A stretch of 64,000 nucleotides of DNA from Azolla caroliniana (Eukaryota > Plantae > Polypodiophyta), in assembly GCA_043228905.1 (NCBI GenBank), contig JBHGNT010000017.1, forward strand, positions 5,890,001-5,954,000. Reading direction: 5' to 3'. This document shows positions 1-14,487 of this stretch, in pieces. Position 1 is the stretch's first letter; the number at the start of each line of letters is the position of its first letter. The position numbers and the translations under genes were made by a program. The notes below the pieces were generated by a model. The model did no database searches and was not told the origin of the DNA. It was given only the letters and a program-made list of their open reading frames with translations.

Positions 1-2531
1 GCTATCCCTCTCATATTCTCCTCAGCTAGAGCACCTTCCTTGGTAGCCCACTGGAACGCCGCCACAACAGAATCCTTTATCTCATTCAAGTATTGCACTC
101 CCTTACACATGTCAACCACCAAGTTTGGCCCAGTAGTCTCAGGGCCAAAACACCATATCTTCTTAGCCAGATCTTTATCCCAACCAAATTCCTCGGATAA
201 GATTTTGCTGCGAACTTTAGGATCATCTCTTGGGCCAATCCGCCCTTCGTCAATCGCCTCAGGGAGCCCATCTTCTAAAGGCCTCGCCTCAAAATACAGA
301 CGATTATGCTTGTTGGGCGATTTGCTCATAACTGTGTGGTTGGATTTCTCAAGGACAGTCTCCCTAAATGAAACAACAGGATCCGATACAGCAATTTCAG
401 CACCACCCATGAAATCCTCTTGCAAATCCTTGAGACAAATCTCTAAATGTAGCTCACCAGCACCAGCAATAATATGCTCACCAGACTCTTCAATTGTACA
501 GACAACCATGGGATCTGACTTAGCTAGTCTCTTCAGCCCCTCGACTAACTTGGGAAGATCAGAAGCAACTTTGCATTGCACAGCAACTCTCACCACAGGA
601 GAAACAGAAAATTTCATTGCACGTATAGGATGAGCATCCACCTCCTTTTCATTGGTAAGGGTCGCATTCTTGGTTATAAATTGATCCAAGCCAACCATGG
701 CCACGGTGTTACCACAAGGTACATCCTCTACAGACTCTTGCCTTCTTCCCATCCAAATAACTGTTCTTTGAACACTCTTGGTGTACAAGTCCTTCTTTTG
801 ACCAGGAACAAAATTAGGGCCCATTATACGAACCTTCAAACCAGTAGACACCTTTCCAGAAAACACACGGCCAAAAGCAAAGAATCGACCCTTATCAGAG
901 GCAGGAATCATTTTAGAGACATAAAGCATAAGGGGACCATCAGGATCACAGTTTCTAATTGCATTTGCATAAACATCATCCAACGGCCCTTCATATAAGT
1001 TTTCAACACGGTATTTTTGTGCCTTTGCTGGAGACGGAAGGTGAAAGACCATCATTTCTAACAGTGCATCACTTGCTGGGAGCCAAGATTGCATTACTCG
1101 TTTCATCAAGGGTTTACCCCTGAGCTCTTTCTCATCAGCCTTCATGGTAACTCCAAGTTTCTCCAGCATAGGCCACAACATCTCTTTCTGGTCATTCATA
1201 CATATATTAATGATTTGCTTGATTGGGTTGTAAATGAACTGAACAAAACCCCTCTGACACGTTGCAGACCCGGAATTTTTTGTGGTCCACTTCTTTGTAG
1301 CAGAATCAAAGTAATTTTCTCCCCAGAGACGTTCCATCATCTTTGATTCATCAACACGAAACTTGCTAGCATACATCTTTGCAAAATTAGTGAGCGTAAA
1401 AGCCCATCCATGCAATCCAGCTGAGAATGCAACAGTGCCTTTCTCTGGATAGACTTGAACATCACCAAGGAGTGGATCCTCATATGTGGCCATGATAACA
1501 TTGGCATTCTCAATAACCCTCTGAAATGTCTGATAAGCTTCTTCCCCGTCTACCTGAAGCTCAAGGAAGCATCGATCCATTTTGTTGACAGTAAGAACAG
1601 GCCTAATCCTCTCACCAAGGGCCTGACGCAATACAGTCTCCGTTTGAACACAAACACCTTCAACACAATCAACCACAACCAAAGCACCATCAGTAATACG
1701 CAAAGCTGCAGTGACTTCTGATGAGAAGTCAACATGGCCTGGAGAGTCGATGAGATTAATAAGATAATCATTTCCATCCTTTTCTCCCTTGAAGTCTTTT
1801 AAAGAGGCATCTGTCATCTCATAATAGAGGGAAATCCCAGTAGATTTAATTGTAATGCCACGTTCAGCTTCATCCTGTCTCGTATCAGTTAGCCGCACAT
1901 CGCCCGCCACTTCTTGAGCAATGATACCAGCCGCAGCCACAAGGGAATCCGTCAATGTAGACTTACCTTAGAGAAAGAAAAAAGCCACAATAAATTCCAT
2001 TAAAACAATGACATTTCATGCAAGAAAAGACATTTGAACACAATGATGTTTTGACATTCGCCAATTAATCATGTTGATGATGAACTATACTAGCCCAATA
2101 ATGCACTAATGCATGAAAATAATCGCGTCTAAACAAATGTTCATGCCATCAAAAACTCCAAAAATATCCCCATTAAAACATAGAAGAAACATAATTCAGC
2201 CAGAGGCACTGATCATCAATGATCTAAACTAACCACATCATGAAAATTTTAAACTTTAGGATAGCAACATTTCCACGTGCATAAACTATTCAACGATATC
2301 AACACTAACCGTGGTCGACATGAGCAATCACTGACATATTCCTGATATTATGTTTCTTGTCCATAATCCTACGCAATTCCTCAATAGTAAACTTCACCTA
2401 TATTACAAAAATCTTACTTTAGTAACATCTTAATCGTGATTCACATGAACGCAACTTCCCACTTTGAAGGATCACGTTAATCACAAAACTCAGATTCTGA
2501 AGTTTGTGAGGAAAGAGAAAAAGCTTACCAT
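1..2531 (-). CDS. EEF2: Eukaryotic elongation factor 2, 5' part. Coding exons 2529-2531 (ATG only), 2310-2397 and 1966-<1; continues beyond the window start
   Basis: Spliced translation M|[30 protein letters not shown]|[15 protein letters not shown]...[27 protein letters not shown] matches eEF2. GT..AG boundaries at 2528/2398 and 2309/1967. Confidence 0.97.
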
Positions 2532-5115
2532 CTTGCTAAGTCCAATTAAACCCTTTTTCTATCAAAGTGACTTGATTCCTGAAAAGCCAAGAAAGGAATC
2601 ACAACAGTTGTTACTAAGTTTCTTACATTAGACTACATGTGTTAATAAGCTAATATGGAAAAGCGTTAGCCATATTAACATATAGGTCTTTTAGCAAAAT
2701 CTAGGATTTAAGTGAAGCAAAACACAAAATGATAGTTCTTGTTATTGCATCAAGTCTGGAAGGTAGAACGTAAAGGATATTTCTTATTATTAATGCATAA
2801 AGCCTGGATATTATTGCATGAAGTCTACGAGGTAGAACATAAGGATATTTCTTATTATTATTATTGCATAAAGCCTGGATTAATCTAGGATTTGATTAAA
2901 CCGAGAACTTAAGGGTATTTCTTATTATATGCGTGATGCGTCTCTATTTTCCAATAGCAGTAGCTAGATATGAATATAGGTTTGCAATAGCCGTAGCTAT
3001 TGCTATAGTAGGTTTTCTTTAAATATAAAAGAAGAATTAAACGTATGCCTACTTATTCACAAATCTATACAATGCATCTAATATATCGGTCAGCATAACA
3101 AGTTTTTCAGGAATGTCCTCCATGGGTAGATATCGGACATGGCATTTCTAAACATTTCAGGGGTTTTGAGGGGACGCACAGCTTCAAAATTAAGGAGACA
3201 CTCGTTTTCATGTTAAATGTCTGGTTCTAAATACGATAAAAACGTTCAACATCAATCATAGTAACAAATGATAAGGAAGAGAGAACAGCACCAAAGAAGA
3301 CCAATTTTGCAAAAGAAACGATTGTAGATCAAGCTTTTCTATGGACTCCTTTCTTACCTTCTTTGAAGGTAATTCTCAGAAAATAAACACTGAAAATACT
3401 CGAAAGCCTGAAGTTCATCTAGACTTCTCAACATCATCACAACTTGCCCAATCACATACACAAATTAAAATATCCATCTTTAGGTTAAATTTTGATCTTA
3501 TTTACAGTACTAAATGAAGGATGCTAAGCTTTCAACATTACAGACAATTCACATTAGGTTAACCATATACTCTGAATAAGATAGCTCATACAAAAGCACA
3601 CACTATATCAAGCTCGGATAAAAAATATCAGCCGATTCCGGTTAATATCTCTCGCTTCTAGAACAATTAGCATCATACCAAAAAAAAGACTTTAAGACCC
3701 GATTTCCAAAATTATCAGTATTTTTACGTTGAAATCTCTGAATTCTATAACACAGTTGCAGGGTACAATAGAAAAGTAAAAAAGAAAAAATCAGTTCTTT
3801 TGGTTTACAATATCTGATTTCAAGAAGGCAACAACGTGATACCTCAATCGTCAATATTCGATGGGGATAAAAAAACACAGTTGCAGGGTACAATATAAAA
3901 GTAAAAAAGAAAAAATCAGTTCTTTTGGTTTACAATATCTGATTTCAAGAAGACAACAACGTGATACCTTAATCGTCAATATTCGATGGCGATAAAAAAA
4001 CAATCTTTTAAGTTTAGAATCTATCCTTAGATACGAATGTATTCAATATCTTTTCGCAGAGAAAAGATCAGTTCATTTTTCAGATTAATCTAATCTAGTT
4101 TCTAGACCAAGACTGTACAGGAATGAATGATGAGAAAGAAAGGATTGGACTTACTAGCAGTATAAGAAGAAACGGACTTACTAGCAGTATAAGAAGAAAC
4201 GTTACGAACGCAAAAAAACTCTCATCTAAAAGAAGTGAATGGGGAACATAATCGTAAGCTTCTTTTATGTTAGAAACAAATAAGGGAAAACAGATTGCAG
4301 CGAAGTAAAATCACAGCTGGAACTAACAGAGAAGGGAGGAAGAATACAGATACATGCCGATGCAGAAGAATCAAATTGCAGGGAAGAGAAAACAGAGAAG
4401 AAAACAAACACTAGAGAAGGAAGACTATAGATACGTGCAGATCCAAAAGGCGCAAATTTCATGGAAGAAAGACTAAAGATGAAAACATCAGAGAACAGAG
4501 AACATAGCTGCATGCAGATTGAGGACAATCAAATGTCAGGGAAGAGCGACACACCGACTGTGAAGAGAAGGAACATATATGGATATATAAATACATACAC
4601 GCAGAAGAAGAAGCAAATTACAGGCTGGAACATTCAATCAGACGAGAAGACAAGGTAGAACGAAGATATAATATTAGCTGAAGAAGGCGAAGCAAATACG
4701 AGGGAATCGGATACAATCAGATAGAAAAGGAGAGGAGTAAGGAAAATCGATTAGATGCAGGAGGAGGAGGAGGAGGAGGAGGAGACCGAGAAACAAGTTT
4801 GCAGGGAATGAAGATACGATCAGTAGGAAAAGGAATCATGATGAATCCATAGAGGAAAGGGGCGGGTAGCAAGCTTACCTGCAGAGGGACGTTGCGCCGG
4901 GGAGATGGATGGATGGATAGAAGGAAGGATGGACGGACGATTGAGAGAGGAAGCGAAGCGCGAGGAGGAGGAAGAAAGCAGAGGCATGCAACAGCGATGG
5001 CGATGGCGATGGCGATGGCGCTAACAGAGAAGAAGAAGAAGTTAACAGAAAGAGACGTCGGCACTTCAATCAAAGAACCCAGATTTCAATCCACCCTATA
5101 TATATATATATACAC
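2532..5115 (-). promoter_or_regulatory. eEF2 5' UTR: non-coding exon ~4879-5070, 2.3-kb leader intron 2579-4878, exon 2529-2578, and a TATA-like (TA)n tract at ~5097-5112
   Basis: CAG|GTAAGC donor at 4879/4878; TTTTCAG acceptor at 2579; pyrimidine-rich leader. Confidence 0.7.
3749..4001. repeat. 125-bp tandem duplication in the eEF2 leader intron; smaller duplications at ~2761-2880 and ~4145-4200
   Basis: AACACAGTTGCAGGGTACAATA recurs at 3749 and 3874. Confidence 0.9.
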
Positions 5116-5419
5116 GTTTCATAGTATGAACCATACGTGCATTCGCATTTTGGAGAATGTTTCAATCATTCGCGTAAGAAAAACACCCTCAAACAATGAT
5201 AAATACCATACTTTTAGATTGATTATTTATTATGAGGTAAATAAGCCTAAACAATATGTATGGAAAACAAAAACAAAAACAAAATATTTTTAAAAAATGG
5301 GGGAAAAAAAAAAACACGAGAATGTTTGAATAACATTCGCATTCGTTTTCCAACGTGAATGTTATGCTAGATGAACACGAATTTTACGTACTATGTATGC
5401 ATTTTCCATCCTCTCTCCC

Positions 5420-5990
5420 CCCCCTTAAACCCCAATCCTCCCTCTCTCCCCTTAAACCCTAAACCCTAATCCTCCCTCTCTCCCCTTAAACTCTAAACCC
5501 TAATCCTTAAACCCTAAACCTCGATCTCCTGTTAATGTTTTATGGGCTCAACAAAGAGCGAAGTGAAATGACACAAACTTCACAAAGAGTTGTTCACTCC
5601 TTCCTTCCTATTTTTCTATTCATTTGTTTCTCTTATGTTAAAATAATTTTTAAATGACTTATAGAACCTAAAGAGATACAATTAGGAGGTAATTAATAAT
5701 AAGCTGATAATTTTTAGATGTTTTTTAATCGTTTAGTAAAACTCAGAGAATGACTTTAGAAAATAGGCTAAAAAGAAACAGAAACATGAAAGAAAAAAGA
5801 TAAGAGAAGAAAAAGACTCACTTAACGCAACCATTGAAAAACCAAAACTAGAAAACATCTACCTTAAAAACTAAATCAATATTTTTGAGGTATCAGGGTT
5901 TAGGGTTTAAATAAATCAACATTTTTGAGGTATTAGGGTTTAGGGTTTAAATAAATCAATATTTTTGAGGTATTAGGGTGTAGGGTTTAG
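5420..5990. promoter_or_regulatory. Telo-box (AAACCCTA) clusters plus a site II motif upstream of eEF2
   Basis: AAACCCTAAACCCT at 5455-5520; TGGGCT at 5543; three 40-bp repeats with (T)AGGGTTTAGGGTTT at 5875-5990. Confidence 0.6.
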
Positions 5991-6842
5991 AATATAGGAA
6001 TAGAATATATAGCCGATTTGTATAGACGTAATGTATTAATTTTATTTAAATGAAACAAAATGTACAATGATGCAACAAGTAGTTGGGCATTGGGCAACGT
6101 TGTTTGTGTCTTTCCAATGGACATATGTAATGCCTCTTGTGATCATATACATTATTATTTATAATTGTTTATTTGTTTTTATTGTTTCAATATTTTATTA
6201 TTCTCTATTTGATCACTCCCCCCCCCTAATGAAATAATTAAAACATCATGTTCTTTTCTTTGACTTTAGAAAATTTTAGACACCCTATCTTCTTCTTCTT
6301 TTTAATGAAAACATATCCTTCCATTAGTTTTAAAAAGCATATCAGCTACAAAATACAAAATGATGGAAAGGAAGTAATTATCCTTCCCCAACCCGTCTTG
6401 TGTAAGACAATAGCTAGCCAATAGTCTTTATAAGCCCTATCTTCTTGTAACACAATATGTGCTTTTGACGTGAAAAATGACTTTGTAAGAAATTCGGCTT
6501 GCCAATAATTTGGACCTCGATTGAACATGAAACGTGATAATAAACTAACAATAAAACATATATTTGGTCTTGTACAACTAACTAGATACCTTATATATCC
6601 TATGACTTGTTTATAGGGTACATTTTCTATTTCAAAAGATTCTTTTGTAGTTTGAGGGGCATCGTCTGAGGATAGTTTACTAGTAGTTGTGAGTAGAGTA
6701 GATATTGGCTTTCAATATATATATATATATATATATTATGTTTTCTTTTTAAAAAATACTCCTTCAATTAGTTATAAACTTTTACAGATGAGAATGTTAT
6801 ACACAAATCTCAGTAGCTACACGATGGTTCCATCTTATGTGG

Positions 6843-8891
6843 TGTCAGGAATAGTACTAAAGATAGAGAGGGAATTAGTACTAGAGATAGAGGAGGAAAG
6901 TACTAAGAGGAACTCATGAGAGAGAGAGAGAGAGAGAGAGATGATAACAAGTGATATATTATATGAAGAGAAGATACAAGAAGAACTAGGAGGCTTAAGA
7001 CTAGCATTGAACCAAATTGGTTCGGAATAATGCCTTGTGCTTCTATTTATAGTGCTATCAAGAGTTCTCCTGAAGATTCTAGAATGTTCCAGAGTAATAT
7101 GGAATATACACGAATTTCCTATAGTGAAATAATAAATGAAAATAATGTTTTTCATATTACAATGCATAGGTTAATGGTAAGGGTTTAACCCATGTAATAT
7201 AAGGTCATGGGTCCAAATCCTTTTGGAGCCATATCATAACACTATCCCCCTTTTTAAACGACGAGTGTTATGAGTCGTCTTTGATTGAGGACTTGGTTTT
7301 CTTGGATATTGGCGATGGAAGTCTTCAAGAAGAGCTCGAGCATTGATCACATTCTCTACTAGTTCCCAAATACGCTCGCTTGGACTATAGCCTAGACAAT
7401 TGACGAAATAGTAGAGCTTGTAGCGAACAATCTTGGAATTGAGGATGGCAGCCACCTCATACTTAGGTTCATCTTCAAGTTTGATCGGGGTGGAGGTGGT
7501 GTAATACGATTGGGAATAATGTTGTCTTGATATGGTTCTAGAAGAGAACTATGAAATACCGGATGTATCTGTAGTTGCGGAGGTATATTAAGGTGAAAAG
7601 TGACATCATTAATTTTTCCATTAATACGAAAAGGCCCTAATAGTCAATAATCCAGTTTGTCACATGGTCGAGTAGTCTTGGTGTGCCATCATAATAGCCA
7701 TACTCTATCTTCACTATCAAAATAGGATGGAAGTCAATGACGATATGCATAATCCTTTTGTGTTGGTTGGGCATGATGTAGGTGGGTAGATAGTTTTGCC
7801 TGAATTCATCGTAACCACTCCAAATGATCTTCTGCACTAGGATTTGTGGGTAACTTCGGAGTTTCTAACACACGCCAGCAAGGATGATAGCCTGTATAAA
7901 CATAGAATGGTGTAACCCTAGTAGAGGAGTGGATAGAATTATATAAGCAAATTTAGCAATGTGTAGAATATCTGCCCAATCATCTTGTTGATAGCTTAGG
8001 AAACACCAAAGATATTGTTCTAGTGTTTGATTGGTACGTTCTGCTTATCCATCTGTTTGGGGATAATAACCGGAGGAGAGATTGCAGGTGAGCTTGAGCA
8101 TTTTGAAGAGATTCTTCCAAAATCTAGAGACGAATTGACGTCCACGATCATTGATGATAATGTCGAGAAGACCATGATGCCAAAATACTTCATGCATAAC
8201 AATTCCTGCAGTTTCTTCACTAGTGACTTCTTTCGTACAGGGCATGAAATGTGCCATCTTAGTATATTGATCTACCACTGTTGAGATCACATTGAAGCCC
8301 TTCGAATCCGGAAGATTTGTGATAAAATCTAGATAAATAGATTGTCATGGTTTGCTTGGGATCAGTTATGGCTCCAACAAACCATATGGGTGATGTTTGG
8401 GCATCTTCACTTTGCAACATGTATCACATGTTCGAACATAGTTGTCGACAAATCGTCGCATATGAGGCCAGCAAAATGATCGTTGTACTAAATCTAACGT
8501 TTTAGTACTACCAAAGTGTCTGACTGTGTATGTGTCATGACAATTTTGTACTATTCGAAGGCGATATGAACCATTGGGAACATACAAAAGTTTCTTAAAG
8601 AAGAGTAATCCATCATGACATTCGAACTATCGATAATTCGTACATGGTTGTTGTGACCGTGAACAAGATGCCCAAGAGGGGTCGATTTGATCTAGAATAG
8701 CTTGAGTGAAAACATTTGTCTTCAAATCTTCCCTTATGGTATCGATAATGTGGGAATCAGTGGAGTGTTAAAAACCCACGTTGCTTGAAGTTGTGTCGGA
8801 CTCAAGATTACTCGTTTTTATTGGCGAAGGCCGGATCACCAGGACGAGGAGCTAGATACGAGCGTCTTGATAATGCATCTGCCTTCCCCTG
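6843..8891 (-). mobile_element. Degenerate Tcn1-like Ty3/Gypsy chromovirus, 3' part: 3' LTR 6843-7241, PPT, chromodomain and integrase remnants; 5'-truncated
   Basis: TGTC...AACA LTR; PPT AAAAAGGGGGATAG next to it; ORF fragments 7234-7455 (chromodomain) and 8045-8587 (integrase) homologous to the intact pol at 32342-35947. Confidence 0.92.
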
Positions 8892-11800
8892 GACCATTAT
8901 GGCATCACCCGGACTTGAACCTCGAACCTTGTAATCCATAATTGAAAACCTCAACCATTAAGATAGCTTATTGTCATATGAGAGGATAAAAGCTACTTTT
9001 TATGTTAGATTGATTATTGTAAAAACTCTAGATCATTCTAGAATGTTCTAGAATGTCCTAGAACATTCTAGAACATTATAGAAATCTCTAAGCTATTCTA
9101 TAGGAACCTATAAATAAGGGCATACATGTATTCTCAAATCAATTCGAATCAACACCAATCTTTAGCTCTCATTACATATCTTGTATCCATTCTCTTTCTT
9201 TCTCTATCTTAATACACCCATTCTTCTCTTAGCGTTTCGTTCCTTTCTTCTCGTGTTCCCTTATATCCTTCTTCCATCACTCTATCTTTTATTCTTGGGA
9301 TAGTTTGATTCGAATTCCCTCTCTCTCCCTCTCTCTCTCATCCTCCTTTGTAACCATCACGAAACCATGGCCACCATTAACTCAGAAGAATATCTCACCC
9401 TTGTTGCAGAAATGGAGAATCTTAAATCCAAGTTCGTATCTCTTGAAGTAGAGAATCAACGTCTCCTTGAGGATCTACAAAAGGTTACTATAGAGAAGCA
9501 ACAACAACAAGAGGAGTTCACGTGACAGGTTCAACAGTTAGAGTCGACAATCGTAGTGTTACAACAACAAAGGGTCGAAGGTCAAGGACTTATCAAGGAG
9601 CCCAAAATCAGCCTCCCAGCTAAATTTGATGGTTCGAGGGCGCATTTCCGAGGTTTCTTGAATCAAGTACGGTTGGTGATTCAAATGCATCCCACACGAT
9701 ATCCGACAGATGCATCATGAGTCGGGTTAGTGGGCACCTTATTGACTAACATAGCGTTGCCGTGGTTTGCTCCATTGCTAGAGACAAATTCTCCTCTACT
9801 GAATAATTTTGAGGAATTTATCAAAGAATTTAAGGCTAGTTTCAGAGATACTGATGGGGCGAGAACAACTATCAACAAGATTCATACACTACGTCAAGGT
9901 GATCAGCCAGCTTCGACATATGTAGCCAATTTCCGTCTCATCGCAAGCGATATTCCTTGGGATGAACAAGCCCTAATGGAGCAATTCCGTTCAGGCCTTC
10001 GTAGTGATGTCAAAGACTTACTTCTTACCTTCTCCGAGGATCCAAGGTCACTTACAAAAGCTATTAGTCAAGCAATACGGTGTGATAATCACCTTTTTGA
10101 GTGTCAATGTGAGTGATAACAACAAATAACAAGATCAAGATTCACACCAACTTATGCATCAATAACGACACAATCATCCCCAAGGCAAACATATAGCCAT
10201 GCTCCAACTCCAAGGCAAACACGTAGTCCAGTCCCAATGGATAGTCCTACACCCATGGAGATTGATATCACTCAATGACGAGGACCATTGTCAGATGAAG
10301 AGAAGCAACGACGTCGAGCAAACCGTCTGTGCTTATATTGCGGAGGTCCAGGACATATAGCCATTCATTGCTCCCGTAGGCCGAGACGTTAGGTAAATCA
10401 AATTCACTATGACAATAAAAATGAGTCCAACATTTTAGAAGCAGTTAGTGAATCTAATATTATGAATAATCCACCCTTGTCCAATAAGTTTGAAGTCCTA
10501 AGCCAATTAGAAGAGGAGTCAAACGAATAAGTCCGGCCAAAATAGGAACCATTTGGTTGGACAACCCTAGATATGTACAACCTAGTGTGGGTTCCATTTC
10601 TTCCAAGCATGTTAGTAGAGTCTTCTAAGACCAAGTACAAGTTAGGACACCGAGTTGTCAACTTCAAGTCCAAGCCCTCTTAAATACTGGAGCCAATTCT
10701 TGTTTCATGGATAGAGATTTTGCTTAAAAACACTAAATATCCTTGCATACACTTCCTTGTCCAGTTTCCGTAGTAGTGATTGATGGACGTCTCATAGCTT
10801 TCGAGAAGATATTGGAAGAATCTGAGCCAATACACATACTCTTAGGTGATTTAGGATGTGTACTTTCCTTTAACGTATTCTTGAGCATCCAATTGTCCTC
10901 GGTTTTCCATGGTTCGAGCTACATGACCCTAGAATTGATTGGAGGAAGCGAGAAATTTGGTGCCCTTCAGCAGAAAATATCATTGCCAAGGATCGAACTC
11001 AAGATTATTCTCTTGAAGAATATAGTTCTACCAATGCACCATCTCCTTTTCATCAAATTTCAGCTATCATATTGCAACAATTGCACCAAGTGGGAGGCAA
11101 GGAGGACCTTTTCTTATTTGCAGTATCAGTGACACCTTCTAGTGCCACTCAAGGTATTAGAGACATGTACTAAAGTAAGCATTAGATAAGGATAGATCTA
11201 GGTAGATAGAAAGAAAGGAGAGAGAGAAAGAAGGGTGCCGATCCACCCGACCACCCCCGAGCGAAGGGATCGAGACGGACTCGAGCCTTGATCGGCGTCC
11301 CATACCACCGTCGTGGCGTCGAGTCGTACCTGGTGTTGGCGCGCTCGCTACAAGAGTTGACCCACCACAAGACAGAGTCTCGACGCAGTCAACAAGATCA
11401 TCAAATGAGGGTAGCTAGGCCTCTATTTATAGCGATACCCAAGGCCCCCAGCCATGTTCACACTTGGCCTAATGGGTTGTCTCAATCCCGAGGATTTAAA
11501 AGTAATCCTCCCCTTCTTTACACTCTCATTTAACCCTCACACTTATCCACATGTATAGAATACTACGAGAAATTCTCACCACGGGATATTATATGGTCAT
11601 GCCCGTAACATACTCCCCCTCTTTAAAACATTGCACTCTTGCAATGGAAAGTTAGGGAAGTTAGTTCTAAGAGTATTTTCGCGTTCCCATGTGGCATATT
11701 TTATTGATTTATCCATCCATTTTATTTGAAATTCTCGGATTTCTTTAGTACGTAATTTTTTTGTTTTAACATCGAGAATTCTTTCTGGTACATGTGGTTT

Positions 11801-12409
11801 AGAAGATAATTCTTCAGAAGTAACCAGAGTTTCAGTTGTAACTGTGTTGTCGCCAGAACCTAGTTCTGTAAAAGCATGCGAGTGGAAACACTATTATAGC
11901 TAATTAGCTACTAAAATGGCCATAGCTAATTAGCTATTTGTTTAGCTAGTCTTTTTTGTGGGAAAATCAAATATTTGAAAAACTAATTTATGAAAAAACT
12001 CAAATATTTGAACTTCGGTTTCAGATGTAGTGGAACTTGGGGAATAACACCATCATCTAAGGTCGACTTCAATGTCATCAATTTCATGTTTAGCCTAAGT
12101 CTGATTTTGAACGCAGATGGAGTACTCAGAGCACGAACGCAGACGTAGCTCCCGCAACAGCAGAAAATCGACATTGCAGATTGAGAGCTACAACACAGAA
12201 CCCGCTCGATCATCGTCTAGGTATGTTTCAGTTACAGAAACCCCAAACATTTGTTTTTTCGTTTTGACTACTGTCTGAACTTTGGTGCCGATTCATATTT
12301 CCCCAAAATCGAATAGGGCGAAGTCCTTGGAGTCCCATACAAGGATGTCTCGCAAATCGGGGAGTAGCAACAGGTGTGTTTATATTACTTTTTTTGTGTT
12401 TAATCCTGT

Positions 12410-13130
12410 CTTTAGTGATGATTGGGGTTTCTGATTGAAATTTCTGATTAGGGTTTTTGTTTATAAATTTTTGATTAGAATTTTTGATTAGGGTTTGTGA
12501 TTGAAATTTCTGATTAGGGTTTCTGATTGAAATTTCTGATTAGGGTTTTTTATTATAAATTTCTGATTAGAATTTCTGAATAGGGTTTCTGGTTACAAAT
12601 TTTGATTATAGATTAGAATTTCTGAATAGGGTTTTTGTTTATAAATTTCTGTTTAGGATTTCTGATTAGGGTTTGTGATTGAAATTTCTGATTAGGGTTT
12701 CTGATTGAAATTTCTGATTAGGGTTTTTGATTATAAATTTCTGATTAGAATTTCTGAATAGGGTTTATGGTTACAAATTTTGATTATAGATTAGAATTTC
12801 TGAATAGGGTTTTTGTTTATAAATTTCTGTTTAGGATTTCTGATTAGGGTTTGTGATTGAAATTTCTGATTAGGGTTTTTGATTATAAATTTCTGATTAG
12901 AATTTCTGAATAGGGTTTCTGGTTACAAACTTCTGATTACAGATTTTGATTAGGGTTTCTGATTTCAAACTTCTGATTACAGATTTTGATTAGGGTTTCT
13001 GATTTCAAATTTCTGAATACAAATTATGATTAGGGTTTTTGATTTGCTAAGTTAAAGATTTTGCACCATTTTTGTTGTTGATTGGGGTTTCTGATTCTCA
13101 CATATTCTGATTTTGCACTATTTCTGATTT
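12410..13130. repeat. Degenerate telomere-like minisatellite (CTGATTAGGGTTT...) filling the first intron of the RING gene
   Basis: Many GATTAGGGTTT and GAAATTTCTGATT units with higher-order periodicity. Confidence 0.9.
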
Positions 13131-14487
13131 CTGAAATGATATTTCAGATGGCTCGTTCCTCCGTATACGAGAGTGCTAAACTTCGCAAAATTTTGCGAGA
13201 CAAAGGAGGACTTCCACAACACCTATGGTCTGTCACTCGAGGGTGTTGACCCTACTGTCCTAAGTGATAAATTGATCAGTGATGTAGACTAGATGACAGT
13301 ATATACAATGCCTAGAGTCAAAGGCAAGGTCAAGCTGAAGCATGTACGAGCCGACTTGTACGATGACTGCATGAGACTGCACCAGAAAGTTCATCAGGAG
13401 ATCCCAGTCAACAATGAGTTGTTAGTTTCATTTGCTAGAGCATTTGCATATGAGTACTGCAAAACAACGAAGGAATCCAAAGACCCTCAAATGTATAGGG
13501 TAGCTTGGGTAGTCTATGGTGAGGCATCGGTAAAAAGATGCCGAAAGATGGGGACCTTGGCACAAAAAATAGACAGATTTTGGAGCATGGCAGTTGTTGA
13601 TGCAACTGCCGACTCCCAGCAAGACCGGGGGCATACACCACACCGACACCCAAGGAAAGCCAATGTCGATGATATAGGTGAGACATTGGTTAGCTATATG
13701 CTAAAAAATGTCCATGAAGCCTGTGAGACATTGACATGTTTTAAGACTAATTTAGAGAAAGCCACAATGGCTTCTGCAATGGAGAGCAAAGTTACTTCCG
13801 CTGTTACAACGATTAGAAATAAGATTCAGGTAACTATTGTTTTGCTAGTATGTGATTGTGTTATAAATAACTTTAAGGGTAAAATGTGCTAATCAAGCAT
13901 TATCTGGAATAGGTTGCGCAACAGGAGCTTGAATTAGAGGGGCCACTGGATCCCCAGCATAAAATACAACTGCAAATAGAGATCCAGGTTCTTTCAATGA
14001 ACCTGGACCTTCTAGGTGTAAATACTGTTGCAGATTACAATTTGGATAAGCTTCAAGTAAGTTAACGATTCCTGAGCAAAGTTGGTGTATCTTTCAACAA
14101 CAGGAATAATTAATCGGTAAATTTCTCTGTTGCGTTGAAGGAACAATACATTCATCAAGAACAGGTAGTTAGCTGCCTTAAGAAGCAGCTACATTTTGTG
14201 GAGGGAATGGTAAGGACCAGACAGGATTTGGACCTGAACATTCTTGCTCCCTTACCAAATGAAGCAGAACCAGAAAATGATTTATTGACAGTTCAAGCAC
14301 GTTGCATCGCTTGCGGGTTAGGTGTGGAGGACAAAACTGCGTCTTTGTTGGTTCACCTACAACCATGCAACCACACATACCATCTGCTTTGTTTTCAACA
14401 TGCCTGTCGAATTGCTGCATTCTGTTTGGGAGATTGCAGTACAGCTCTACCAAATGAGTGGAGAAAACTAACAGGTATACCATACTG

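Noticed and set aside
40-1777. ORFs of 61-197 aa overlapping eEF2
   Set aside because: Antisense or out-of-frame shadows of the eEF2 exon
3375-3442. Possible intronic C/D snoRNA (GTGATGA...CTGA, - strand); a weaker candidate at ~2196-2242
   Set aside because: No convincing terminal stem or identifiable rRNA guide; would need an Rfam or snoscan search
6843-11154. Adjacent opposite-strand Tcn1-like pieces as one inverted element
   Set aside because: Their LTRs are dissimilar and their pol coverage overlaps (8150-8890 versus 53330-54080), so they are two separate copies
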